A stretch of 30,322 nt of DNA from a virus (lineage: Duplodnaviria; Caudoviricetes), in the IMG/VR virus record IMGVR_UViG_3300033153_003224, positions 1 to 30,322 of that record; one strand, written 5' to 3'. This document shows, in pieces, positions 6,848 to 14,536 of this stretch. How positions within the stretch are numbered: the stretch's first letter is position 1; each line of letters begins with the position of its first letter. The notes under the pieces are model-generated. The model was not told where the DNA came from and did no database searches. It was given only the letters and a program-made list of their open reading frames with translations. The position numbers and the translations under genes are program-made.

Positions 6848-7029
6848 TGAGCTAGTACCTCCCGTATTCTACCAAGCCACACCCGCGCAGCCTGTATACC
6901 GAATTCTCGGTCTGTCAGGCACTTGGGCGGCTCTGAGTCGTTCATATCCCACATCAGGCCGCATCGATCGCAATGCATCTGATCGCCGTAACATCGCGCC
7001 TGACAGCCTTTACGTTTGGTCACGCCCAT
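6844..7029 (-). CDS. Small Cys-rich phage protein
   Basis: 'CQAR...DQMHCDRCGLMWD...PPKC'. Confidence 0.65.
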   Translation of the reverse strand: MGVTKRKGCQARCYGDQMHCDRCGLMWDMNDSEPPKCLTDREFGIQAARVWLGRIREVLAQ

Positions 7030-7223
7030 TCATCTATGACAGCTTTCGATGGTGTCACCACGCCTATGCCAGTCGATCCTTTGCTATCGTGTGCAGTATG
7101 TAGGTTGTAATCTTGCCACCAAGCGTTTAGTGCAAATAATTCTAATGGTGATTCAGGGCTAATTAGTAAAACCCCTCTTTCGTCGATATTAGCTTTCATC
7201 GTTAATGTCCTCTTCGATATCAC
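7020..7223 (-). CDS. Hypothetical protein (start probably the internal MKANID)
   Basis: In-operon ORF overlapping both neighbours. Confidence 0.55.
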   Translation of the reverse strand: MISKRTLTMKANIDERGVLLISPESPLELFALNAWWQDYNLHTAHDSKGSTGIGVVTPSKAVIDEWA

Positions 7224-7350
7224 TCAACGTTTTATCAAGTACCTTGAAATGGAGGTTTTCAACCATCTTTTCCGCTGCTGGTAAATCATCAGCCACGAAG
7301 AGGTTACGATCGTGGCCAACATATTCAACAGCGAATTTATATTTATTCAT
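7189..7350 (-). CDS. Paralog A of 7547..7777, 53 aa (MNKYKFAVEYVGH...)
   Basis: Start reassigned by homology to paralog B; GGGGG RBS. Confidence 0.7.
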   Translation of the reverse strand: MNKYKFAVEYVGHDRNLFVADDLPAAEKMVENLHFKVLDKTLSDIEEDINDES

Positions 7351-7531
7351 CACGTTCCCCCGAACCGCCACATTCCGGGCAAGCCTTTTTACCCGAGCAA
7401 CAAGGACAAGATATATCGTGTTTCTCTTCCCCCTCACCTTCCCATATTTTTCCATCACCATAGCATTCAGGGCAAACACCAGTACCATTACAATTTTCAC
7501 ACTCTACTATATTGGTCACTTGCAATACCAA
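7343..7531 (-). CDS. DnaJ-type zinc-finger protein
   Basis: Four CxxCxGxG-like repeats: CENCNGTG, CPECYGDG, CPCCSGKK, CPECGGSG. Confidence 0.75.
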   Translation of the reverse strand: MVLQVTNIVECENCNGTGVCPECYGDGKIWEGEGEEKHDISCPCCSGKKACPECGGSGERDE

Positions 7532-7546
7532 CGTGCCTGACAGCCT

Positions 7547-7777
7547 TTAGTAGTGTTCTTCGGCATCGAAATCACTACGTTGACATAATTGTCCACTTTC
7601 AGAACATCCACAATCAGGATGATGCGGGCATTGCTCTTCTACATCGATCAACGTTTTGTCGAGTACTTTGAAATGGAGACTTTCGACCATCTTTTCCGCT
7701 GCCGGTAAATCAGTAGCCACAATTGTAACCTCTTCGTGGCCAACATATTCAACAGCAAATTTATATTTATTCATCAT
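7547..7777 (-). CDS. Paralog B with Cys/His-rich C-terminal extension
   Basis: First ~48 aa similar to 7189..7350. Confidence 0.75.
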   Translation of the reverse strand: MMNKYKFAVEYVGHEEVTIVATDLPAAEKMVESLHFKVLDKTLIDVEEQCPHHPDCGCSESGQLCQRSDFDAEEHY

Positions 7778-8418
7778 TGCGCTAACTCCGCCCGCATCTG
7801 GTCGCGGGCTTTTAGTAGTATCTGAAATTTATCAGCATCACCCCCATGGTCGGGGTGTTCGGCATGTATCGCAACTCTAAATGCTTGTTTCGCATCGTCG
7901 ATATTATCTCCGTAATATTTAATAATGTCGCGCCAGCGACCATTCGGGTTATGTTCGAGCGCTGCGAAACCAGTAAACGCACGTTCGAGGATCTTCGCAC
8001 CGCCCCATCGTTCGATGCCGCGCAATGCGTCCAGCGTGGCCGCAATCGCTGCCAGGTTATGTTCGACCTTGGTGTACAAATCGATTGCTACTACGAGGGC
8101 ATTTCCTTCCGCATTCTCCCAATAGACGGCGGCGCCTGGATCTTCCGGGGCGCGTTGTCCCGACTTGGGTAATCCATCCAAACGAGTTTTTAAATTCGTA
8201 GAGATAATAATATCTTCGCGATCAATACCCATACGATCCAATTGAATCGTTAACCGCTTAGTCGCCTCAGAAACAGAAATATCGCCTTTACGATTCCAGC
8301 TATAATCACCAGCACTCGAATGCTGTCGGGTCTGTTTACTGAATCGTCCGAACGTTCGATCGTTGTTGTGAGTGCGTGGCCAGCCCTCGGGCCAACTTAG
8401 TGGGTATGCTTCAATCAT
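7774..8418 (-). CDS. Phage J-domain (DnaJ-like) protein
   Basis: N-terminal 'AYPLSWPEGWPRT'; C-terminal J domain with HPDHGG. Confidence 0.85.
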   Translation of the reverse strand: MIEAYPLSWPEGWPRTHNNDRTFGRFSKQTRQHSSAGDYSWNRKGDISVSEATKRLTIQLDRMGIDREDIIISTNLKTRLDGLPKSGQRAPEDPGAAVYWENAEGNALVVAIDLYTKVEHNLAAIAATLDALRGIERWGGAKILERAFTGFAALEHNPNGRWRDIIKYYGDNIDDAKQAFRVAIHAEHPDHGGDADKFQILLKARDQMRAELAQ

Positions 8419-8614
8419 AGTATCGCCCTATCGCTTCGATTAATGGGTTGACCGGGTGCATTGTGAATAACCCACACTTCGGGCAATGCTCCACGGCGTC
8501 CTTGGAATATCGGGTCGTATCGCTTTTATGCACCCATTGTTTAGTTACTACATGGCCACACGGTTGATACGAACATTGCAGATCGTAGTTAACGTAATCA
8601 GACGCCAGCACCAT
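8411..8614 (-). CDS. Small zinc-ribbon protein
   Basis: CSYQPCG and CPKCG. Confidence 0.6.
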   Translation of the reverse strand: MVLASDYVNYDLQCSYQPCGHVVTKQWVHKSDTTRYSKDAVEHCPKCGLFTMHPVNPLIEAIGRYYD

Positions 8615-8621
8615 TATCTAA

Positions 8622-8699
8622 TCATCCTAGGTCAAACCACCATGCAGCAAATATCAATAAAATTATCGCTGCAGTTATAATCGGTCCAATAGCTGGCAT
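8622..8699 (-). CDS. 25-aa hydrophobic peptide (MPAIGPIITAAIILLIFAAWWFDLG)
   Basis: TAATG coupling with the tusE-like stop; translated by hand. Confidence 0.5.
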   Translation of the reverse strand: MPAIGPIITAAIILLIFAAWWFDLG

Positions 8700-9031
8700 T
8701 AGATACAACCCGTCGGAACAGGTACGCCAGCATAGCGAGCAAGTTCACCGCCAAGCGCATTGGGGAAAATAGAATACAGGGTTCTATGCTGTCCGAATTT
8801 CTTACGAACATGTCGCCTTATAGTAGTTGTCGCCGGGAAAATAGAATATTCCTGGTGATACCAACTAATAAATGAAATCACGGAAATTTGCTCGTCGGTT
8901 AGTTCAGTACCTTCGGCTTTGGCCAGCTCTTTGGCAAAGTCAGTATCCCAATCACTTGGGTTTAAAAGGTGGCCCTTTTCGCTAAGATCGTAACTTTTGG
9001 TAGCGGTTAATAATATATTGCTAACGCCCAT
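8699..9031 (-). CDS. TusE/DsrC-family sulfur relay protein (auxiliary metabolic gene)
   Basis: 'GHLLNPSDWDTDFAKELAKAEGTELTDE...LYSIFP...YAGVPVPTGCI'; only the penultimate Cys is retained. Confidence 0.9.
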   Translation of the reverse strand: MGVSNILLTATKSYDLSEKGHLLNPSDWDTDFAKELAKAEGTELTDEQISVISFISWYHQEYSIFPATTTIRRHVRKKFGQHRTLYSIFPNALGGELARYAGVPVPTGCI

Positions 9032-9314
9032 GTCGGTATCTATCCTCGTAATCTTCGTCAGTTAATATGCCCTTGTAATGGATGCACCACTTACTACCTT
9101 TCGCGTGCGGGAAGTGATAACCGTCACAATCGCATCGTCTCTTTTTACTGGCACGCTTAGTCGCTTTATCGTTATATACAATCCCTGCACCACAGCCAGA
9201 ACATTTAGGTTTGTTTATATACCATTCGATTGGATGCTTTAACGTTACCCGCGTATCGCACTGGTCGCCGTCCCTGGCTTTTAGTCGTCGTTTGCATCGA
9301 TAGTTGTAACTCAT
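9021..9314 (-). CDS. Cys/His-rich putative zinc-binding protein
   Basis: CSGCG and 'CDCDGYHFPHAKGSKWC'. Confidence 0.7.
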   Translation of the reverse strand: MSYNYRCKRRLKARDGDQCDTRVTLKHPIEWYINKPKCSGCGAGIVYNDKATKRASKKRRCDCDGYHFPHAKGSKWCIHYKGILTDEDYEDRYRHGR

Positions 9315-10219
9315 TCATCGTCTAACTGCTGCTTGATCCAGTCCCATTTTTCGCCTATCTGATCCAGCAAATTGCGTTTTTTTCTTTGTAGTTCGCCGAT
9401 CTCTTCCCACGAATCCCAATCGATAAATTGTTTAATCTCTTTCGTGATTAATTTTTCGATAACTTGGGGTTCCAGTGCATCGAGTTCCCACGATGTACGA
9501 CCAAATTTTTTAATATAGTCTTTGGATCGACTATCTTTAATTTTCGTAGGGTTCGGTGGCGGCGAGTATTTATCGATCTGGTCCATGTTGAGCGCGATTC
9601 GCCGTACATCAACGCCGCTCATTTCCTCGGTAAATATATCGAGACGGTCGCGATTGTCGCGCGTCATATCAATACCCGATGGGTCGTGGTCGCCAAGATG
9701 AATTAGTATGCATTGCTTGCCATCGTTTAATTTTCTTTGATACCGCATACCTGCGCGCCACGCTTCCGATGCAGATAGATAGCCTTTACACGCCATATAG
9801 TTAACCAGCAATGGCGAACATGCTCGTTCGATTACGTTTCCTAATGCTTCTTTTTCAACCCATACCTCGACGTATGTATCTTGTCGATCCCACCGATCAA
9901 ATCGAATATAACGAGAGAGTTCGTTAATGGCGTTTAGCTCGTCTTCGTCGTACCAAAAAGCGTGGTGCTCGCGGGTTCGATCTTCGATAGCTTCCCACGA
10001 TATAAGCCCGGCCATTCGCGCCTTGGTAATAATGCTACCGAGATTTTTATAACTGCGTTCTGTATTTTCAATAAGGGCTCTCGCGACAAACTGATAATAA
10101 AGCTGTCGCAATGTCAGGATATAGCCGTCGGTCTCGTACTCTTCGATAATATCATTGGCCGTATTAACCAATACAATCGAGTTGTCGCGGGGGTTCCAGT
10201 TCTGGTATTTGATTTTCAT
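9311..10219 (-). CDS. TOPRIM protein, Topo VI-A/Spo11/DUF2399-like
   Basis: 'TLRQLYYQ', 'EVWVEKEAL', 'GDHDPSG' (DxD), 'WELDAL'. Confidence 0.85.
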   Translation of the reverse strand: MKIKYQNWNPRDNSIVLVNTANDIIEEYETDGYILTLRQLYYQFVARALIENTERSYKNLGSIITKARMAGLISWEAIEDRTREHHAFWYDEDELNAINELSRYIRFDRWDRQDTYVEVWVEKEALGNVIERACSPLLVNYMACKGYLSASEAWRAGMRYQRKLNDGKQCILIHLGDHDPSGIDMTRDNRDRLDIFTEEMSGVDVRRIALNMDQIDKYSPPPNPTKIKDSRSKDYIKKFGRTSWELDALEPQVIEKLITKEIKQFIDWDSWEEIGELQRKKRNLLDQIGEKWDWIKQQLDDE

Positions 10220-10482
10220 TATTTTGGACAGCCCGATTTAACATTTAAACCACTGGTATCGACAATCCAATTTCTCGCCTTCATTGCTCTGCAATGCGCT
10301 CTCGATTCTTTCAACCCCAAAGCTACGATTTTAATATCCAGTTCGGCCGTACTGAGAATAGGTTTCGGTTTAAACGCCATAATAGATAAAATGGCCAACA
10401 CGGCGCCGCATCCCATAAAGAAAAATGCGGTACTAATAAACCCTTTTGGTATTTTTAATTCGTTCGACTTCGGTCTAGCCAT
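10219..10482 (-). CDS. Single-TM hypothetical protein
   Basis: AGGAG RBS; one hydrophobic segment; TAATG coupling. Confidence 0.65.
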   Translation of the reverse strand: MARPKSNELKIPKGFISTAFFFMGCGAVLAILSIMAFKPKPILSTAELDIKIVALGLKESRAHCRAMKARNWIVDTSGLNVKSGCPK

Positions 10483-10494
10483 GCTTCCATACTC

Positions 10495-10662
10495 CTAGAT
10501 TGCGGCGGGTACAAGTTGGGACTCTTTGAACGGTCCCATTTCCCGGCCTGTTTTTATATCAGTAACGTATATCTGGTCTGTAATAAATTTAACGCGACCC
10601 AGGCATTCAAAATCCACTGATCGCGCATCTTCATTGACAAAAACTAACTGGTCGTTGTGCAT
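10495..10662 (-). CDS. Hypothetical protein, 55 aa (MHNDQLVFVNEDARS...), not in ORF track
   Basis: Fills the gap; AGGTG RBS. Confidence 0.6.
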   Translation of the reverse strand: MHNDQLVFVNEDARSVDFECLGRVKFITDQIYVTDIKTGREMGPFKESQLVPAAI

Positions 10663-10663
10663 T

Positions 10664-11164
10664 CTATTTCACCTGCCGATTAATAAGTTTAGCGTAGGGT
10701 ACCAATTCATTTTTATGCACCCATTGGGAGTGAAGAAAATAAACACTATAGTAGCCATGGTATAGAATTTCTACGATAGAATCTTTAGGATTCTTTTGAG
10801 TTCGGACCGCTGTTAATTTCGAAGCTCTTATAACCCTGCATGATTTATATCTATTTACGATAATGGGATTATATGTGCCGCCATCTTTAAGTATTTTATT
10901 ATAAACATGCACGTAATCTTTTCGTTTCCCACAGGTGAAAGTTTTACGGTTTAAAATGTATGCGCCCTTTGGATTCTTTTTCACACCCAATCTAAAATCC
11001 TGATACTTCTTGCAATCACTCATTAACCGGGTTCTATCAGACTCGTTAAGATATCCATTTGTAATGATCTGTGCCGATACACCTTCGAAACAGTTAGCGC
11101 TACCACCATATGCAACCGTGGAATTGACGATTAATACAATGAATAATACGTATAGTAATTTCAT
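10664..11164 (-). CDS. Exported basic protein with signal peptide
   Basis: 'MKLLYVLFIVLIVNSTVAYG' signal; four Cys; GGAG RBS immediately after the tRNA-like RNA. Confidence 0.7.
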   Translation of the reverse strand: MKLLYVLFIVLIVNSTVAYGGSANCFEGVSAQIITNGYLNESDRTRLMSDCKKYQDFRLGVKKNPKGAYILNRKTFTCGKRKDYVHVYNKILKDGGTYNPIIVNRYKSCRVIRASKLTAVRTQKNPKDSIVEILYHGYYSVYFLHSQWVHKNELVPYAKLINRQVK

Positions 11165-11184
11165 GATAATAACTCCATGTTATT

Positions 11185-11309
11185 TGGTGGGAAGGGTGGG
11201 ACTCGAACCACACATTACCGACATCCTCTCGGGCATCCCTTTGACGGGTTCCTTTATGTCGTTTGCCGTTTTACCGACTTTCAGCGTCTACCAATTCCGC
11301 CACCTTCCC
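11185..11309 (-). ncRNA. tRNA-Leu-like RNA, 125 nt, with the anticodon/variable region replaced by a 69-nt segment
   Basis: Acceptor GGGAAGG/CCUUCCC, A discriminator and encoded CCA; D arm GCGGAAUUGGUAGACGC; T loop UUCGAGU; no canonical anticodon arm. Confidence 0.85.
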
Positions 11310-11321
11310 ATTAATAACTTA

Positions 11322-11350
11322 ATTCTATGCTATCTTGCCTAGACCGTCAA
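11322..11350 (-). promoter_or_regulatory. Promoter of the tRNA-like RNA
   Basis: Minus strand TTGACG-17 nt-TAGAAT, 12 nt upstream of the acceptor stem. Confidence 0.8.
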
Positions 11351-11359
11351 TATGGAATA

Positions 11360-13978
11360 TTACCGAAATACCTCGCCTGCAGTCTTAGTATTAGTAGATG
11401 CTAATATTCCCTGAGATTCTTGATATGCTTTAACTACCGCGCCGGCTGTTGTCAGATTGCAGTGTACATGGCCATTTTTAATAAATAATTTCGGCTTGCC
11501 TTCGTCGAGCGCTATAAAATTATTTACTCGACCCTCGTGTAATGCAGGGTGCCAGTCATACCCGAGCGACTGCAATAATTCTCGACGCTTGTTGTGTGGT
11601 ATTGCCCGTGTCATGTGCATAGATTCTAATATTCGCTGTATTGCCTTTGACGAGATCCAGCCACCGGCGAAGCCTGGGCGCCCCTCGTCGATTGCTTCGA
11701 TGATCTCCTGCTCAACGCCACCCATTGACGCTGTAATCGCCTCGTCGGTGCTGCTGGTCTCTGGTGCACGGTGACAAGCGGTCGCGGGATTAAGTGCGTC
11801 TGGTATCAAATAGCTCGTCAGGAAATCAGCGACAATGGCGTAACCACCCCCACGCAACCATTTGTAAATATCCGGGAAGTAATCACCACTCATGCCGTCG
11901 CGCTCAATATCGCTATGGCTTTGCTGCGCTGTATAGAACACGCAAAATCGACGGTCGTTTCGTGTCTTACGGACTGCATCCTTATGGTTACTGTTGAACA
12001 TAAAATTACATCGGGTGTCGTGCATCTTTTGATCGGTTTGCATTGCACGACGGGCCAATCGATCATTGGTAATCATTGGCTTGATTATTTCAATAACTTC
12101 GCGTTTTTGATCTGGTACGTAGATATCTTCGACACCGATAAATAATGTGTTAAATAACCACGCGTTAAATTTCTCCGATATCTCGTGCGCTGGTGGCATG
12201 TGGACGTATCTATCGCCGATCGCGAACGCTACGCATCGGGTAAATAGTGTCTTGCCGTTACCCTCAACACCCTGCAGCAATGGAGCCCATTGGAATTTAA
12301 CGCCCTTATGTTGAATACACGCGGCCATGTATGCCAGTAAAATAGATTGATCACCTTGATTGGGCAATATCTTGGCAAGGTGTGTTAGGAATGGTGTCGC
12401 GTCTCCGACTTGGCGCGGGGTTTCGATAGGTACATACGTGTTAACTAAAATATGCCCTTCTTGTGCCACGAGTGCGCCCGGTTCCAGTTCTGGACGAAAG
12501 CACATCGATTCGGCTTTTGGATAGCGCACCGCCTGTGACTCGGTGAATGCCTCCCAAGCTTTGCGCGTTGTTTTACCGCTGGCGTCGCCTTCAAGCTGGA
12601 AAGAATAACCGCCGTATGTCGCGTTAAATTGCTCTGATTTTAAAAGCGATCCATTTGGCGTAAATACCCGGTGCTGATCTTGAATATAAACGCAACCTTT
12701 AAAATGTTCGATCTGTTGTGTTGCCCCGAGAAATTGGTATCCGGCTAAAATCTCGGGGCCATCTATATTTCCAAGCGGCTGACCTGCTGAATCAATAGCC
12801 GTCACCATTTCGATTAGGGCCTCGACAGTCTCGCTTCTGTTATTAATCCAAAAGCTAGCGGTAATAACTGACCCATGGCTCGCGCACAGTTTTAGAATTA
12901 AACTTTCTTCGCCGGCACATTCAATAAGTTTTTGCGCTCGAATATTACTGGCCCATTTAATTTGACCGTCCGATCCTTTCAGTTTCGCGGCGCCGAATTG
13001 TATTGCGATCGGATCGTCGACAATAGGATCGTTAGCGCTACCACCGGTATAAACAACTTCTTGCATCGATACCGCGCGGGTAATTGTACGAATAAGATAA
13101 TCTGGTCGGTTCCATTTGTCGCGAATCAATCCCGAACACCACATTAAATTTAAAATTCGTTCGCAGTTGTTACCCGTCCAGAATGCCAAGTGCTGCGCGA
13201 GTGCGGCGTCGGCGCTTGATTCGTCGTGATTACCGCTATCGCTACTGTCCGGGCTGTAGGCGGCCGCAAGTGCGTCCTGGTTGCCTGTCCAGAGATCATC
13301 GAAGCTGGCCGTATTACCAAACGTAGCCGCGGCGCTCTTCGTTGCCCGTGCCTTGGCCAATAACTCGTCGTTATCTTCCGTGCCATTCCATTCAGGTACC
13401 GGTGCGGTCGTCCATGTTTGATCTTTCGTTGCAGTTTTCGGCGGGAATAATTCGGCGGTCATGGCCGGTAACATTGCGCTGCAATCTGTTGCTGCCGATC
13501 CGATCGCATTCGTACCGGTGAGCGCTACGAAACGACTGTCGGTATAATACTCAAGATGCAGTGTCGTATTTTTACAGGCGTGATCCGGTGCAATGCCTTG
13601 GCCAATAATGTGGAGACCGCGCCCGGATTGCGATATTTCAACCGCTGCACCTGGAAGCCTTGCCAGTACATCGTTTGCGATCGGCGACCAAGTACCGTCG
13701 GATTGTAAACATTCGTCGATATCAACAAAAAAGAAAGGATCGTTAACGGTGAATACAAAACCGACACCGTAATCGTCGCCAAATAGATGGGCGGTATTAA
13801 TGGCCGTATCAGCATCAACCCATATCGCAGGATTGTGCGCATTGTCGACGTTCGTTGTCTTACAATCGACTGGTAATTTATCCATTTTGCCCGATTGTTT
13901 TTTACTCGGGACTAATTTATAGAGAACAAATTGCTTGTACGCCGCCAGTGGGGCGAGCGCATCGGGTAATGAATGCAT
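11360..13978 (-). CDS. Primase-polymerase (AEP) fused to SF3/DUF5906-type helicase
   Basis: 'FVDIDEC', 'EISQSGRGLHII', 'RFVALTG'; Walker A 'GVEGNGKT'; 'NDRRF'. Confidence 0.92.
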   Translation of the reverse strand: MHSLPDALAPLAAYKQFVLYKLVPSKKQSGKMDKLPVDCKTTNVDNAHNPAIWVDADTAINTAHLFGDDYGVGFVFTVNDPFFFVDIDECLQSDGTWSPIANDVLARLPGAAVEISQSGRGLHIIGQGIAPDHACKNTTLHLEYYTDSRFVALTGTNAIGSAATDCSAMLPAMTAELFPPKTATKDQTWTTAPVPEWNGTEDNDELLAKARATKSAAATFGNTASFDDLWTGNQDALAAAYSPDSSDSGNHDESSADAALAQHLAFWTGNNCERILNLMWCSGLIRDKWNRPDYLIRTITRAVSMQEVVYTGGSANDPIVDDPIAIQFGAAKLKGSDGQIKWASNIRAQKLIECAGEESLILKLCASHGSVITASFWINNRSETVEALIEMVTAIDSAGQPLGNIDGPEILAGYQFLGATQQIEHFKGCVYIQDQHRVFTPNGSLLKSEQFNATYGGYSFQLEGDASGKTTRKAWEAFTESQAVRYPKAESMCFRPELEPGALVAQEGHILVNTYVPIETPRQVGDATPFLTHLAKILPNQGDQSILLAYMAACIQHKGVKFQWAPLLQGVEGNGKTLFTRCVAFAIGDRYVHMPPAHEISEKFNAWLFNTLFIGVEDIYVPDQKREVIEIIKPMITNDRLARRAMQTDQKMHDTRCNFMFNSNHKDAVRKTRNDRRFCVFYTAQQSHSDIERDGMSGDYFPDIYKWLRGGGYAIVADFLTSYLIPDALNPATACHRAPETSSTDEAITASMGGVEQEIIEAIDEGRPGFAGGWISSKAIQRILESMHMTRAIPHNKRRELLQSLGYDWHPALHEGRVNNFIALDEGKPKLFIKNGHVHCNLTTAGAVVKAYQESQGILASTNTKTAGEVFR

Positions 13979-13987
13979 TACGAATCC

Positions 13988-14491
13988 CTAATAATTCGAT
14001 ATCAAATCAACGGCTTTAGCTTTTAAGTCGTCGGGTGCTTTCTTTGCCTGGTTGTCTCCGTTCGCTAATCCTTGCGCGATAATTTCGGGTATCTCTTGAG
14101 TAATCGCAGCTCGAACTATTGCGCGCCTTAACTGTTTCATGGTTCCAAAATATCGAGTAACCAAACCCATGGAGACGCCCGCACCTTCTGCGATGCTGTC
14201 TCGCGTAATTTTATGGTAGCCAACATCGCGCGCCATGCCCACAGCAGTATTTAAGATATGCTCGCGTCGTAGTTTCGGATCGGCACGGGTTTTACTTACC
14301 GGAAATACTGAAACATCCGCAACCTCGGGTTTCAGCTCTTTGATAAATTCGGAAAAATTATAGCCAACTATGTGGGTAAATGATCCGTCCGGGACGCCGG
14401 CTCGCTTGCATAACTCCCGACGCGATAAATTAATCAATCCTGATTCCTTGACCATTTCTATCGCGGTTTGTTTTATATGATCTCTTGTCAT
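13988..14491 (-). CDS. Transcriptional regulator with two TetR-like HTH domains
   Basis: 'LSRRELCKRAGVPDGSF' and 'ITRDSIAEGAGVSMGLVTRYFGT'. Confidence 0.8.
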   Translation of the reverse strand: MTRDHIKQTAIEMVKESGLINLSRRELCKRAGVPDGSFTHIVGYNFSEFIKELKPEVADVSVFPVSKTRADPKLRREHILNTAVGMARDVGYHKITRDSIAEGAGVSMGLVTRYFGTMKQLRRAIVRAAITQEIPEIIAQGLANGDNQAKKAPDDLKAKAVDLISNY

Positions 14492-14497
14492 GATTTT

Positions 14498-14526
14498 ATA
14501 TTAACCGTTACTAATATTTTCGTCAA
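14498..14526 (-). promoter_or_regulatory. Promoter for the TetR-like gene and primase, probably leaderless
   Basis: Minus strand TTGACG-17 nt-TAATAT, then 6 nt to the ATG. Confidence 0.7.
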
Positions 14527-14536
14527 TATGACGTAT

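Noticed and set aside
7351-7500. N-terminal extension of ORF 7189..7500
   Set aside because: It overlaps the zinc-finger gene in another frame, and homology with the paralog starts at MNKYK
7189-7777. Paralog pair as a DGR template/variable repeat
   Set aside because: Differences are not adenine-specific, both copies are coding, and no reverse transcriptase is in the window
11185-11309. tmRNA, intron-containing tRNA or ordinary tRNA-Leu
   Set aside because: No G3-U70 pair or tag ORF; about 40 extra nt is far too short for a group I intron; I found no excision that restores a canonical anticodon arm
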